Part shown: positions 9,359 through 16,674 of the stretch, one piece after another
How positions within the stretch are numbered: position 1 is the first letter of the stretch
How the letters are laid out: each line of letters opens with the position of its first letter
From: Deltaproteobacteria bacterium
GTDB taxonomy: Bacteria > Myxococcota_A > Polyangia > Fen-1088
Length of the DNA: 64,000 nucleotides
Direction: 5' to 3'
Assembly: GCA_033763315.1 (NCBI GenBank)
Contig: JANRKS010000019.1
Location: forward strand, 160,001-224,000
Notes under the pieces: model-generated
Database searches by the model: none
What the model was told of the DNA's origin: nothing
What the model saw: the letters and a program-made list of their open reading frames with translations, nothing else
Made by a program: the position numbers and the translations under genes

Positions 9359-9735
9359 TCGGCCGTCCCAGCCTCTTTGTGAATGCGCCAGCGCTCCTGA
9401 GGACTCAACACCCCGGCGAATGGGCTCACCTGTCGAAGCTCGTGCATTCTTTCGGTTCGCGCTCCAAGCTGCTCAACGAGGACCGCAGGAGGATGATCAA
9501 GCAACTCCAACCACGCCAGCGCGTAAGCCTTGGGCGTCGATCCGTCGCGCAGCCATTGGGTCACGCGCGCTTTCGCCGTGCCGATCAGCGATGGATCCGC
9601 CTCGATGCAGGCGGCGACAGCCACGTGTAAAGCGCGGCTGCGCTCCATGGCTCGCGCGTGCGAACCTTGAAGGTGCATCGGCGTCTGCGCATCGGAATAC
9701 CACGCTGGAATCGACTGTTGGCCGTCGTTCGGCAT
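9355..9735 (-). CDS. Small helical partner protein of the DUF6036 gene (putative cognate antitoxin or toxin)
   Basis: ERSRALHVAVA...AWLELL...LRQVSPFAGVLSPQERW; 4-bp overlap with the downstream nucleotidyltransferase. Alternative start ATG 9678. Confidence 0.7.
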   Translation of the reverse strand: MPNDGQQSIPAWYSDAQTPMHLQGSHARAMERSRALHVAVAACIEADPSLIGTAKARVTQWLRDGSTPKAYALAWLELLDHPPAVLVEQLGARTERMHELRQVSPFAGVLSPQERWRIHKEAGTAE

Positions 9736-9748
9736 TCCTACAGTTTAA

Positions 9749-9786
9749 CAAAACAAAAACGCGCGACCCGAAAAGGCCGCGCGTTT
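9749..9786 (-). terminator. Intrinsic terminator, copy 2 of the duplicated element
   Basis: Minus strand AAACGCGCGGCC-TTTTCG-GGTCGCGCGTTT then TTGTTTTG. One stem position is a G-U pair on the minus strand but an A-C mismatch on plus, which fixes the orientation. Confidence 0.8.
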
Positions 9787-9810
9787 ACTTTTGGGCTCCG
9801 CCTGAGAACG

Positions 9811-10011
9811 TTAGTTCGCGGTGCCGAGGCCACCGGTGAAGGCGCCGCTGAAATCGCGGACGGCATTCAAGGTGGTGGAGAGCAGCCCAGCGAGGCCTGC
9901 GGCGACGAGGCCACCGCGACGACGTCGACGGCGGCGGGCGGCGCCTCCCGCGGAGATCGCGAGGGTCGCGGCCTTGAGGCCAGTGGAAGTCACAATCGGT
10001 TGGGTTGTCAT
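9811..10011 (-). CDS. 66-aa micro-ORF with seven tandem Arg codons (putative leader or membrane-associated peptide)
   Basis: MTTQPIVTSTGLKAATLAISAGGAARRRRRRRGGLVAAGLAGLLSTTLNAVRDFSGAFTGGLGTAN*. Third codon positions are mostly G/C; promoter 8 nt upstream; terminator 25 nt downstream. Confidence 0.6.
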   Translation of the reverse strand: MTTQPIVTSTGLKAATLAISAGGAARRRRRRRGGLVAAGLAGLLSTTLNAVRDFSGAFTGGLGTAN

Positions 10012-10019
10012 CGAGCCGG

Positions 10020-10048
10020 AGTATGGACCCACACACGCCCATAGACAA
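10020..10048 (-). promoter_or_regulatory. Sigma70-type promoter giving a near-leaderless transcript of the poly-Arg ORF
   Basis: TTGTCT (10048-10043) - 17 bp - CATACT (10025-10020); ATG at 10011. Confidence 0.55.
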
Positions 10049-10084
10049 CACCATTTGTGCGACATCGTCGCCAGCGTGAACCCG

Positions 10085-10510
10085 TTAGAGCTTGCGAGGC
10101 CGGCCCGGGCCGCGACGCGGGTTGAGCGCCTGATCCAAGATCGCCTGAATCTGCTCCAGCGCCTTGCGATGCACTTCGGCCTGCTGCACAGCTTCCATGA
10201 GCTGGCTGATCGAGCCATCCAACGCTGTGGGCGCCACCTTCGGTGGGCGGCCTCGGCGCGGCTTATCGAGCGGGGGAGGGGCGCCTGGCACCACCGGTGC
10301 GGGCGAGCGTCCTGCCACACGACGCCCCGGTTTCACAGGGGCGCGGCGCTGAAGACCAAGGGCCTTCTTCGCGCGGCCGTAAATGATCGGCAGCACAGAG
10401 AGGCCCTTTTTATCGGCAGCGGCTTTCAGTTCGCCAAAGGCGAGACGAGGGTTTTTCTCAAGCTGGGCAACAGCGAAGGCCATGCTTGGGCTTGAAGGCT
10501 TCTTTGACAA
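10085..10510 (-). CDS. Basic AT-hook-containing putative nucleoid/DNA-binding protein
   Basis: KPRRGRPPK and RRGPGRPRK motifs, Pro-rich linker, C-terminal coiled-coil-like helix. Confidence 0.65.
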   Translation of the reverse strand: MSKKPSSPSMAFAVAQLEKNPRLAFGELKAAADKKGLSVLPIIYGRAKKALGLQRRAPVKPGRRVAGRSPAPVVPGAPPPLDKPRRGRPPKVAPTALDGSISQLMEAVQQAEVHRKALEQIQAILDQALNPRRGPGRPRKL

Positions 10511-10536
10511 GGCGCCCCCCCGACGGAAAAGTTGGT

Positions 10537-10770
10537 TTACAGTTTCCCAGCTGCGCGAAGCTCAGCAATCACAGGCTCGATACCACGCTTGGTGATATTG
10601 CGAATGGCCTCTGTGCTGACACGCAGGCGAATCCAGCGGTTTTCGCTGGGCACCCAAAAGCGCTTTGATTGCAGGTTGGGCAACCAACGGCGGCGGCTCT
10701 TCCGGTTGGAGTGAGACACCTTGTTGCCGGTCGCCGGCTTTTTCCCTGTAACTTGGCAAACGCGAGACAT
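10537..10770 (-). CDS. rpmB: 50S ribosomal protein L28 (long form lacking the 4-Cys Zn ribbon)
   Basis: [34 protein letters not shown]...RLRVST. Confidence 0.97.
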   Translation of the reverse strand: MSRVCQVTGKKPATGNKVSHSNRKSRRRWLPNLQSKRFWVPSENRWIRLRVSTEAIRNITKRGIEPVIAELRAAGKL

Positions 10771-10830
10771 ATTCGTGAATCCTGAAAGTGCAAAAAGGGG
10801 CTTAGAAGACGAGCCCGAAAATGAGCCGAG

Positions 10831-10859
10831 AGACTAGATTGTTCCCGGTGGCTGTGCAA
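10831..10859 (-). promoter_or_regulatory. Sigma70-type promoter of rpmB
   Basis: TTGCAC - 17 bp - TAGTCT on the minus strand. Confidence 0.5.
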
Positions 10860-10921
10860 GCCGTATTGGATGAATAAAAGCGAAAATCTTCGGTTTTCCG
10901 TAACGAAACCACCGGCTTGGC

Positions 10922-11488
10922 TCAGCGGGTGGCCAGGGCCGTCAAGTCAACCTTGAAGGCCTCACGGCAGTAGTAGCGCATTTCTTCAAGACTTGCGGCA
11001 ACATCTGCCATCGCCCGGTGGCTGGCGGGGGGATGTTCGTATTGGGCTTGGGGAAACCAAGCGTCCGCCAAAACGCCGAACGTTGAAACGTCCACGCGCA
11101 GGAAGTGCAGGTGCTGTTCGATGCGGGGCATGTACCGCGCCAGGAACTTCCAATCGTTGTGGATCGAACGGCCGCAGAGCAGTCCCTGCCCAGGGCCACA
11201 GTGGGCAGAAATCTCGCGCAGCACTTGGCTTTCCACCACGCGTAGGTCGATGCCCTTGGTGCGCACGTCGGTCACCAAACCGTTTGCCGTGTGCAGCTCG
11301 CGCACCTTGTTGCTCATGCGCGCCAGCACTTCGTCGGTTTGAAACACCACGCGTTCGATGGACGTCAACGGCTGAAGGTCGGGACCCGTCACCACCACCG
11401 CGATCTCGATGATCGCGTCGTAATCGGGATTCAGCCCCGTCATTTCGAGATCAAGCCAAACGAAGCGTGGCGCAAGGCGATCAGACAT
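10922..11488 (-). CDS. orn: Oligoribonuclease (DEDD family)
   Basis: VWLDLEMTGL, IIEIA, DVST, HRAMADV. Start ATG 11488 preferred (track gives 11503). Confidence 0.88.
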   Translation of the reverse strand: MSDRLAPRFVWLDLEMTGLNPDYDAIIEIAVVVTGPDLQPLTSIERVVFQTDEVLARMSNKVRELHTANGLVTDVRTKGIDLRVVESQVLREISAHCGPGQGLLCGRSIHNDWKFLARYMPRIEQHLHFLRVDVSTFGVLADAWFPQAQYEHPPASHRAMADVAASLEEMRYYCREAFKVDLTALATR

Positions 11489-11503
11489 GGCTGCCCTCAC
11501 CAC

Positions 11504-11538
11504 AAAAGAAATAGGGCGACAGAAGGCCTGCCGCCCTA
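11504..11538 (-). terminator. Intrinsic terminator downstream of rpsN
   Basis: Minus strand TAGGGCGGCAG-GCCTT-CTGTCGCCCTA followed by TTTCTTTT. Confidence 0.7.
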
Positions 11539-11610
11539 ATCCTCAATTGACCGTGATCGAAAAGCCTCATGGCCAATTCCGTGGGGCCCCTCGAGGCACC
11601 ACGTTTGGTC

Positions 11611-11916
11611 CTACCAGCTGCTCTTGATGACGCCGGGGATATCGCCGCGCAGACCGAAGTCGCGCAAAGCGATACGCGACATACGGAACTTGCGGAGAAA
11701 GCCGCGGGGACGACCCGTGATCTCGCAACGGTTACGGAAGCGCACCTTCGTGCTGTTCCGAGGCAAGCCTTGCATCTTGCGGTTGGCCTTTTCCTTCTCT
11801 TCAGGAGTGGCCGTGCCGGAAGCAATGACTTCCTTCAACTTTGCACGCAGCGGTGCATACTTCGTTGCAAGCTTCTTGCGCTTGCCGTTCGTGATTAGTT
11901 TCGCGAGAGTCGCCAT
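11611..11916 (-). CDS. rpsN: 30S ribosomal protein S14, long zinc-independent (C-) form
   Basis: 101 aa; [35 protein letters not shown]...[11 protein letters not shown]; only one Cys. Confidence 0.96.
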   Translation of the reverse strand: MATLAKLITNGKRKKLATKYAPLRAKLKEVIASGTATPEEKEKANRKMQGLPRNSTKVRFRNRCEITGRPRGFLRKFRMSRIALRDFGLRGDIPGVIKSSW

Positions 11917-11936
11917 TCAAATCTCCAGAGGGCGAA

Positions 11937-11965
11937 TCACTACCATCTGTGGGCGTCGTATGCAA
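11937..11965 (-). promoter_or_regulatory. Possible sigma70 promoter of rpsN
   Basis: TTGCAT - 17 bp - TAGTGA, with TG at the extended -10 position. Confidence 0.35.
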
Positions 11966-12061
11966 CCCCTCAAAACCATTCAAACTCTTTTCACGGGCGG
12001 TGGTCACAATTCCCACCCGTGCGGTGGGGCAGGGGCGGCAACTGCATGATATTACACTTGT

Positions 12062-12574
12062 ATGCCTTGGCCCGAGTCAGGTTTATACCGCACCACGCGC
12101 GCGCTGCCCGGACATGAGACGGAAATCCCCGCGGGGGCGTTGGTCTATGTTGGCCGCCGTGGCACGCAGCGGTTTGTGGTTCGCCCGCACGACAACCGCC
12201 TGAACCGGTGGTTTTGGCACGACCCCGTGGTGACCCTGACTGACCAGGCGTGGTGCGCGTCGCTTGTGGATTTGCCGCTTGAGGGCTTTTACACCCTGCC
12301 CGAGGAGATCACGTTTTCGGGCGGCGGGCGATGGCTTAAGAACGCCATCGTGCAGCTTGGATACAACGAGGACGGCCAAGCCATCATTTTTGTGGGCGAG
12401 CGGCGCGACGGTGGCAAAGAGAACGCCCTTTATTTCAGCGATCGCGGCATGATGATCGACGACGCACTCATGCGGCGCCTGCAATGGGCGCCCATCCTGC
12501 CCACCGGCCCCAACGGCGAAGAGCTAGACGACGACGAACCGTCGGAGACGGAGTCCCGCGGCGGCGTGAACTGA
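12062..12574 (+). CDS. Hypothetical protein
   Basis: 170 aa, coding-like codon bias, acidic tail, weak internal duplication (PESGLYR / PLEGFYT). Confidence 0.7.
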   Translation: MPWPESGLYRTTRALPGHETEIPAGALVYVGRRGTQRFVVRPHDNRLNRWFWHDPVVTLTDQAWCASLVDLPLEGFYTLPEEITFSGGGRWLKNAIVQLGYNEDGQAIIFVGERRDGGKENALYFSDRGMMIDDALMRRLQWAPILPTGPNGEELDDDEPSETESRGGVN

Positions 12575-12605
12575 AGGGTTCCGGTAATTTTGGGGTCCAT
12601 TGCTA

Positions 12606-12627
12606 GTTTTCCCATGGAAAACCATGG
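12606..12627. promoter_or_regulatory. Putative TA operator (inverted repeat)
   Basis: GTTTTCCCATGGAAAAC near-palindrome and CCATGG-aaaa-CCATGG just upstream of the RHH antitoxin gene. Confidence 0.3.
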
Positions 12628-12649
12628 CTCCGAGTGTCACCGTTAGACG

Positions 12650-12925
12650 ATGGCCTCCCAAGCTCAAATATCCGCAACGATTTCGGAAGCAACGAAAGAG
12701 CGGCTTGACCGATTTACTGACAGTCACGGCCTGAAAAAGAACTTCGTGGTTGAGCAAGCACTGCTATTTTTCATGGAGTCGCGACGCGAATTGCCCGAAG
12801 AGGCGATGATTCCGACGCGCCTCGTTTTGGACGACGAATCGTGGAGGACGGTCGCGGACTTGGTTTCTCAGCCTCCTGCCCCCAACGACGCTTTGCGGGC
12901 CTTGATGCGTGACAAGATCCGTTGA
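12650..12925 (+). CDS. Ribbon-helix-helix antitoxin (DUF1778/TacA/AtaR-like)
   Basis: QISATISEATKERLDRF...VVEQAL; C-terminal LVLDDESW...QPPAPNDALRALM; overlaps the GNAT gene. Confidence 0.75.
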   Translation: MASQAQISATISEATKERLDRFTDSHGLKKNFVVEQALLFFMESRRELPEEAMIPTRLVLDDESWRTVADLVSQPPAPNDALRALMRDKIR

Positions 12926-13436
12926 AATTCGCCCACTCACGAAAGAAGACGATCGCCGCGATTTCTGTTGTGGGCATCCTTCTCTCGATCGGTTTTTTGA
13001 GCACTACGCTGGCCAGAACCAGTTCAAGTTGCATCTTGCCGTGACGTATGTTGCGGCATCAGAGGGGCGCATTATCGGATTTGCCACAGTGGCGGCGTCT
13101 TCCATCGAAGCGGTCTCGTTGCCCAGTGATCTGCGAAAGCGTCTACCAACGTATCCCTTACCGATCTTGCGTTTGGCCCGTCTCGGAGTGGACCTGCGCG
13201 AACAGCGCAAAGGGATTGGACGCGCTCTGCTCCAACACGTTTGCAAGATTGCACTTGCTCAGCGGGACCAACTTGGATGCGTGGGTCTTCTGGTAGATGC
13301 AAAGCCCGAGTCTGAAATATTTTACAAGAAGCTCGGGTTTGCAGCGCTGCAAGGCGCTAGAGAAGGGCGTTTACTCGGCGACCCGATGCCCATGTTTATC
13401 GCGCTCGAAACTTTACGGGTTGCCATTGAGACTTGA
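12909..13436 (+). CDS. GNAT acetyltransferase toxin (TacT/AtaT-like)
   Basis: DFCCGHPSLDRFF, YPLPILRLARLGVD..QRKGIG, LLVDAK..FYKKLGF. Confidence 0.85.
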   Translation: MTRSVEIRPLTKEDDRRDFCCGHPSLDRFFEHYAGQNQFKLHLAVTYVAASEGRIIGFATVAASSIEAVSLPSDLRKRLPTYPLPILRLARLGVDLREQRKGIGRALLQHVCKIALAQRDQLGCVGLLVDAKPESEIFYKKLGFAALQGAREGRLLGDPMPMFIALETLRVAIET

Positions 13437-13439
13437 AGA

Positions 13440-14963
13440 CTAAGGCGCGGCCGCCTGCAGGACCTGTAGCTTGACGGGCGGGGAGGGGGCGGGCGTGATC
13501 ACCGCTGGCAGCGGTACGTTGGCCAACGCTTTTTTCCATTCGCCGAAGCTGCCGCCGGCACGCGCCACTTGTGCGGCAGCCACACCTGCGGCGAAGCCCC
13601 CTTGAGCCAATCGGTATTCAACCCAGGCCCAGCGCGCGGATGTGGAGCGAATGTCCACCTTGCCTTTGACGCCGTTGCGTAGGTGTGACAAGCGGGCTTC
13701 GATCACGGCCGTGTCCTCGAAGGCGTGCTGATCCAAGGGCGTGTTGCGCTTGGCGACGAACGGCGCGATGCCAAATGCCACCTTGGGAGCGATCTTGGCC
13801 AGCTCTTTGGCGAAACGAATCAACTCGTCGATGTCGTCCATGGTCTCGCCGGGCAGGCCCAACATCATGTAAAGCTTCAACAGCCGCAGGCCGTGTTTGC
13901 GCGTGAGTTCAGCGGCGGCCAACAGGTGACGCTCGTGCGTCTTACGTGCGATCGCCACGCGCATGCGTTCGGAGCTGCCATCAGAGGCGGTGGTCAACGT
14001 GCGGTAGCCGCCTTGCTTCAACAGGCCCACGATTTCGTCGGTGAGGCGATCGGCGCGCAGACTTGAAATGCCCACGCCCCGGCCTTTGGCCACAAGCGCC
14101 GACAAAATCTCAGGAAGCTTTGGGTGATCCGTGACGGCCGCGCCCACCAAGCCCACACGCTTGACGTCATCGGGAATCAGCGACAACACTTTCGCGGGCG
14201 GCACCAAACGCATGCCGCCGTTGGTGCTTCGCCTCATCACGCAATAGGTGCATTCGCGGTGGCAGCCACGTTCAGGCTCGATCAACAGCATGTTCGATAG
14301 CTCCGTGTGGGGCGTTCGAATCTGTGAGTGTGCGGGCAGCCGTTCGTTGGGCACCTTAGCGACGGCGGGCGGGTGTTCGCCGTGAATCGAGGGCACGTAG
14401 AAACCTGGAATCAAAGCGAGCTTGGCCAGCAGCGTGGATCGGTCGCGCTCATCGAGCGCATGCTGCACCAGCACGGCGATCAGATCTTCGGCTTCGCCCA
14501 TGATCATCACGTCGGCGAACGGGCCCGCAGGCACGGGGTTCGAGAACGTCAGCGGGCCGCCCACGAGCACCAAGGGGTGGCGGTGTGGATCTTGGGCGCG
14601 CTCGGCGGCGAAGGCCGGCACGCCCGCCATATCCAAGCAATCCACAAGGCCTGTGAGCTCAAGTTCGTAGGCCAAGGAAAACGCGATGATGGGGAAGTCG
14701 CTGATGGGGCGGTTTGACTCGTAGGTGCAAAGCCGCTCGCGGTTCTGCTTGGCCAGGGCCACATCGTCGGGCAAAAAGGCGCGTTCAGCTGTGACATCAG
14801 GCAGCGCGTGCAGCTCGCGATAGATGGTTTGAAAGCCGAGCGACGACATCCCCACGTGGTAGGGGCTTGGGTAAACCAACGCCACGGGCAGGGCCGCTTG
14901 TTTGAACAGCGTACCCACTTCGTCAGCCAAGCGTTGCTCGCGTATTTGCCGAAACGAACTCAA
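13440..14963 (-). CDS. Radical SAM protein with N-terminal B12-binding-like domain
   Basis: CxxxCxxC motif RGCHRECTYC; YPSPYHVGMSSLG; KLYMMLGLPGET. Confidence 0.88.
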   Translation of the reverse strand: MSSFRQIREQRLADEVGTLFKQAALPVALVYPSPYHVGMSSLGFQTIYRELHALPDVTAERAFLPDDVALAKQNRERLCTYESNRPISDFPIIAFSLAYELELTGLVDCLDMAGVPAFAAERAQDPHRHPLVLVGGPLTFSNPVPAGPFADVMIMGEAEDLIAVLVQHALDERDRSTLLAKLALIPGFYVPSIHGEHPPAVAKVPNERLPAHSQIRTPHTELSNMLLIEPERGCHRECTYCVMRRSTNGGMRLVPPAKVLSLIPDDVKRVGLVGAAVTDHPKLPEILSALVAKGRGVGISSLRADRLTDEIVGLLKQGGYRTLTTASDGSSERMRVAIARKTHERHLLAAAELTRKHGLRLLKLYMMLGLPGETMDDIDELIRFAKELAKIAPKVAFGIAPFVAKRNTPLDQHAFEDTAVIEARLSHLRNGVKGKVDIRSTSARWAWVEYRLAQGGFAAGVAAAQVARAGGSFGEWKKALANVPLPAVITPAPSPPVKLQVLQAAAP

Positions 14964-15028
14964 GACAGCCAGTGTACGGGGTCAGATCGCGATGTGCATC
15001 CTCTGTTCACCGGCCGCAGGCTTGCCAC

Positions 15029-15067
15029 AAAAGCAAACGCCCCCGACGCGTGGTGCGGCAGGGGCGT
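15029..15067 (-). terminator. Probable terminator after the M16 peptidase genes
   Basis: Minus strand ACGCCCCTGCCGC...GCGTCGGGGGCGT followed by TTGCTTTTG. Confidence 0.5.
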
Positions 15068-15085
15068 GGGTGGTCAAACCTGGCG

Positions 15086-16663
15086 TTACTTTAGCGGGTT
15101 GCCATCGGTGTCGCGAAGTTCAACGTCGGCGATTTTGCTCAGAGGCTCTTGGTTGGAGGCTCGGTCGCCCACCACAACGATGGCAAAATGCTCGTCCTGA
15201 AGGTATTTGCGCGCCATCGCTTTGACGTCAGCGGCGGTGACCGCAGCCACTTTCTTTTGATAGCTCTCCAGCTCGTCGATGGGCAGGTCGTAGATGGCGA
15301 GGCCCGCCATCTGAGCCGCCACTTGTTTCATCGTGGCGAAATAGGCTGGGAAGGCGCGGACCAAGGCGTCTTTGGCTTCCTGCAATTCACCGGCGGGCAC
15401 GTCGGCGTCGCGGATGAGCTTTACCTCTTTGAGGATTTCTTCCACCGACGGCGCCGTTTTGTCCGCCACGAATTCGCCTGCCACCACCCAGGGGCCTGGA
15501 ACCTTATTGGTGTTAAAGCGTGAGTACACGCCGTAGGTCCAGCCTTTTTGCTCGCGCAGATTCAGCGACAAGCGGCGGAAGCTGCCGCCCAAGATCTCGT
15601 TCATCACGCGCGCCTTGTAGTAGTCGGGGCTCTTGCGCTGCAAGGCCGGCAAACCAATGCGCAGCGATGACTGCGGCGCCCCAGCTTTATCGACCAGGAA
15701 GACGCGCGTTTTGGCCAAAGGCTTGGCAACCGGCACCGCGCGTGGCTTCTTCGCTTGGCCTTTCCAGCCCTTGAGCAGCGGCTCGATCTTGGCGCGCACG
15801 GCGGCCTCGTCCATGTCGCCCGCAATCACGAGAACCGCGTTGTCAGGCTTGAAATTGTCGGAGTGGAAGGCTTTCAGGTTGGCGGCCGTGAGCTTCGGCA
15901 GCGTTGCTTGGGTCCCATCCTGGGGCCACCCCAGGGGATGCTTTTCGCCGAACACGGCCCGACCGAAGGTTAATGCGGCTAAGGCGGGGGGCGAATCTTT
16001 GCGGCGCTCGAGGCCCGCCATGCGGTTCTCTTTCACGCGTGCAAGTTCATTTTCGGCGAACGCCGGATTCAAGATGACGTCGGCCCAGACAGGCAGAGCA
16101 CGCTCCATCACTTCTGAGAGCCCAGACAGATTCACAGCGGTGAAATCCCAATCGGCGCCCGTGCTCAACGTGGCGCCGAGCTGTTCGATCTCACCCGAGA
16201 TCTGCAGGGCGCTGCGTGTGGTGGTGCCTTCATCCAACATATCGGCAGCGAGGTCGGCCAACCCTGCCAATCCCGAAGGATCGGCGAGGCCGCCCGTCTT
16301 GATCACCATCTGCACATTCACAAGCGGCAAGTGGCTGTCGCTTGCCAAGATCACCGGCAGGCCCGAAGCGAGTTTGAAACGTTTCACCTTGGGAATGGCG
16401 AACGCGGGATCGGGGCCGGGCGCAGGCCTTTGCGCGCGAAACTCGGCGTCGGGGCTCACACGTTCAGGGACGCGCTCTGTGACGAGCGGCCGGGGCGCGG
16501 CCGTTTTGGTTTTTGCATCCAACTCTGGCGGAAGGGAGGCCACCGTGGCCGGCGTCGTGGAAGTTGTTTGCGGTGCGGACGAAGCACAGGCGGCGAGGGC
16601 CAATGCAATGGTGCTTGGCAAGAGGCGCGACTGCAGGCTGTGTTTTGCGGTCTGGTTTGTCAT
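15086..16663 (-). CDS. M16 family peptidase, non-catalytic subunit (lipoprotein)
   Basis: Lipobox LAA-C; GLADLAADML replaces HXXEH; RLSLNLREQKGWTYG. Confidence 0.9.
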   Translation of the reverse strand: MTNQTAKHSLQSRLLPSTIALALAACASSAPQTTSTTPATVASLPPELDAKTKTAAPRPLVTERVPERVSPDAEFRAQRPAPGPDPAFAIPKVKRFKLASGLPVILASDSHLPLVNVQMVIKTGGLADPSGLAGLADLAADMLDEGTTTRSALQISGEIEQLGATLSTGADWDFTAVNLSGLSEVMERALPVWADVILNPAFAENELARVKENRMAGLERRKDSPPALAALTFGRAVFGEKHPLGWPQDGTQATLPKLTAANLKAFHSDNFKPDNAVLVIAGDMDEAAVRAKIEPLLKGWKGQAKKPRAVPVAKPLAKTRVFLVDKAGAPQSSLRIGLPALQRKSPDYYKARVMNEILGGSFRRLSLNLREQKGWTYGVYSRFNTNKVPGPWVVAGEFVADKTAPSVEEILKEVKLIRDADVPAGELQEAKDALVRAFPAYFATMKQVAAQMAGLAIYDLPIDELESYQKKVAAVTAADVKAMARKYLQDEHFAIVVVGDRASNQEPLSKIADVELRDTDGNPLK

Positions 16664-16674
16664 GGTCGGGCTCC

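Noticed and set aside
9743-9817. Integron attC site (GTTAAAC on the minus strand next to the hairpin)
   Set aside because: No complementary RYYYAAC box, copy 1 lacks the GTT, and there is no intI; the hairpin fits a terminator better.
9811-10320. 169-aa ORF as listed in the track
   Set aside because: Its 5' part overlaps the AT-hook gene in another frame. A promoter directly precedes ATG 10011, favouring the 66-aa version.
11990-12040. Hairpins upstream of rpsN as a riboswitch or tRNA
   Set aside because: No recognisable aptamer or cloverleaf motifs, and they lie upstream of the predicted promoter.
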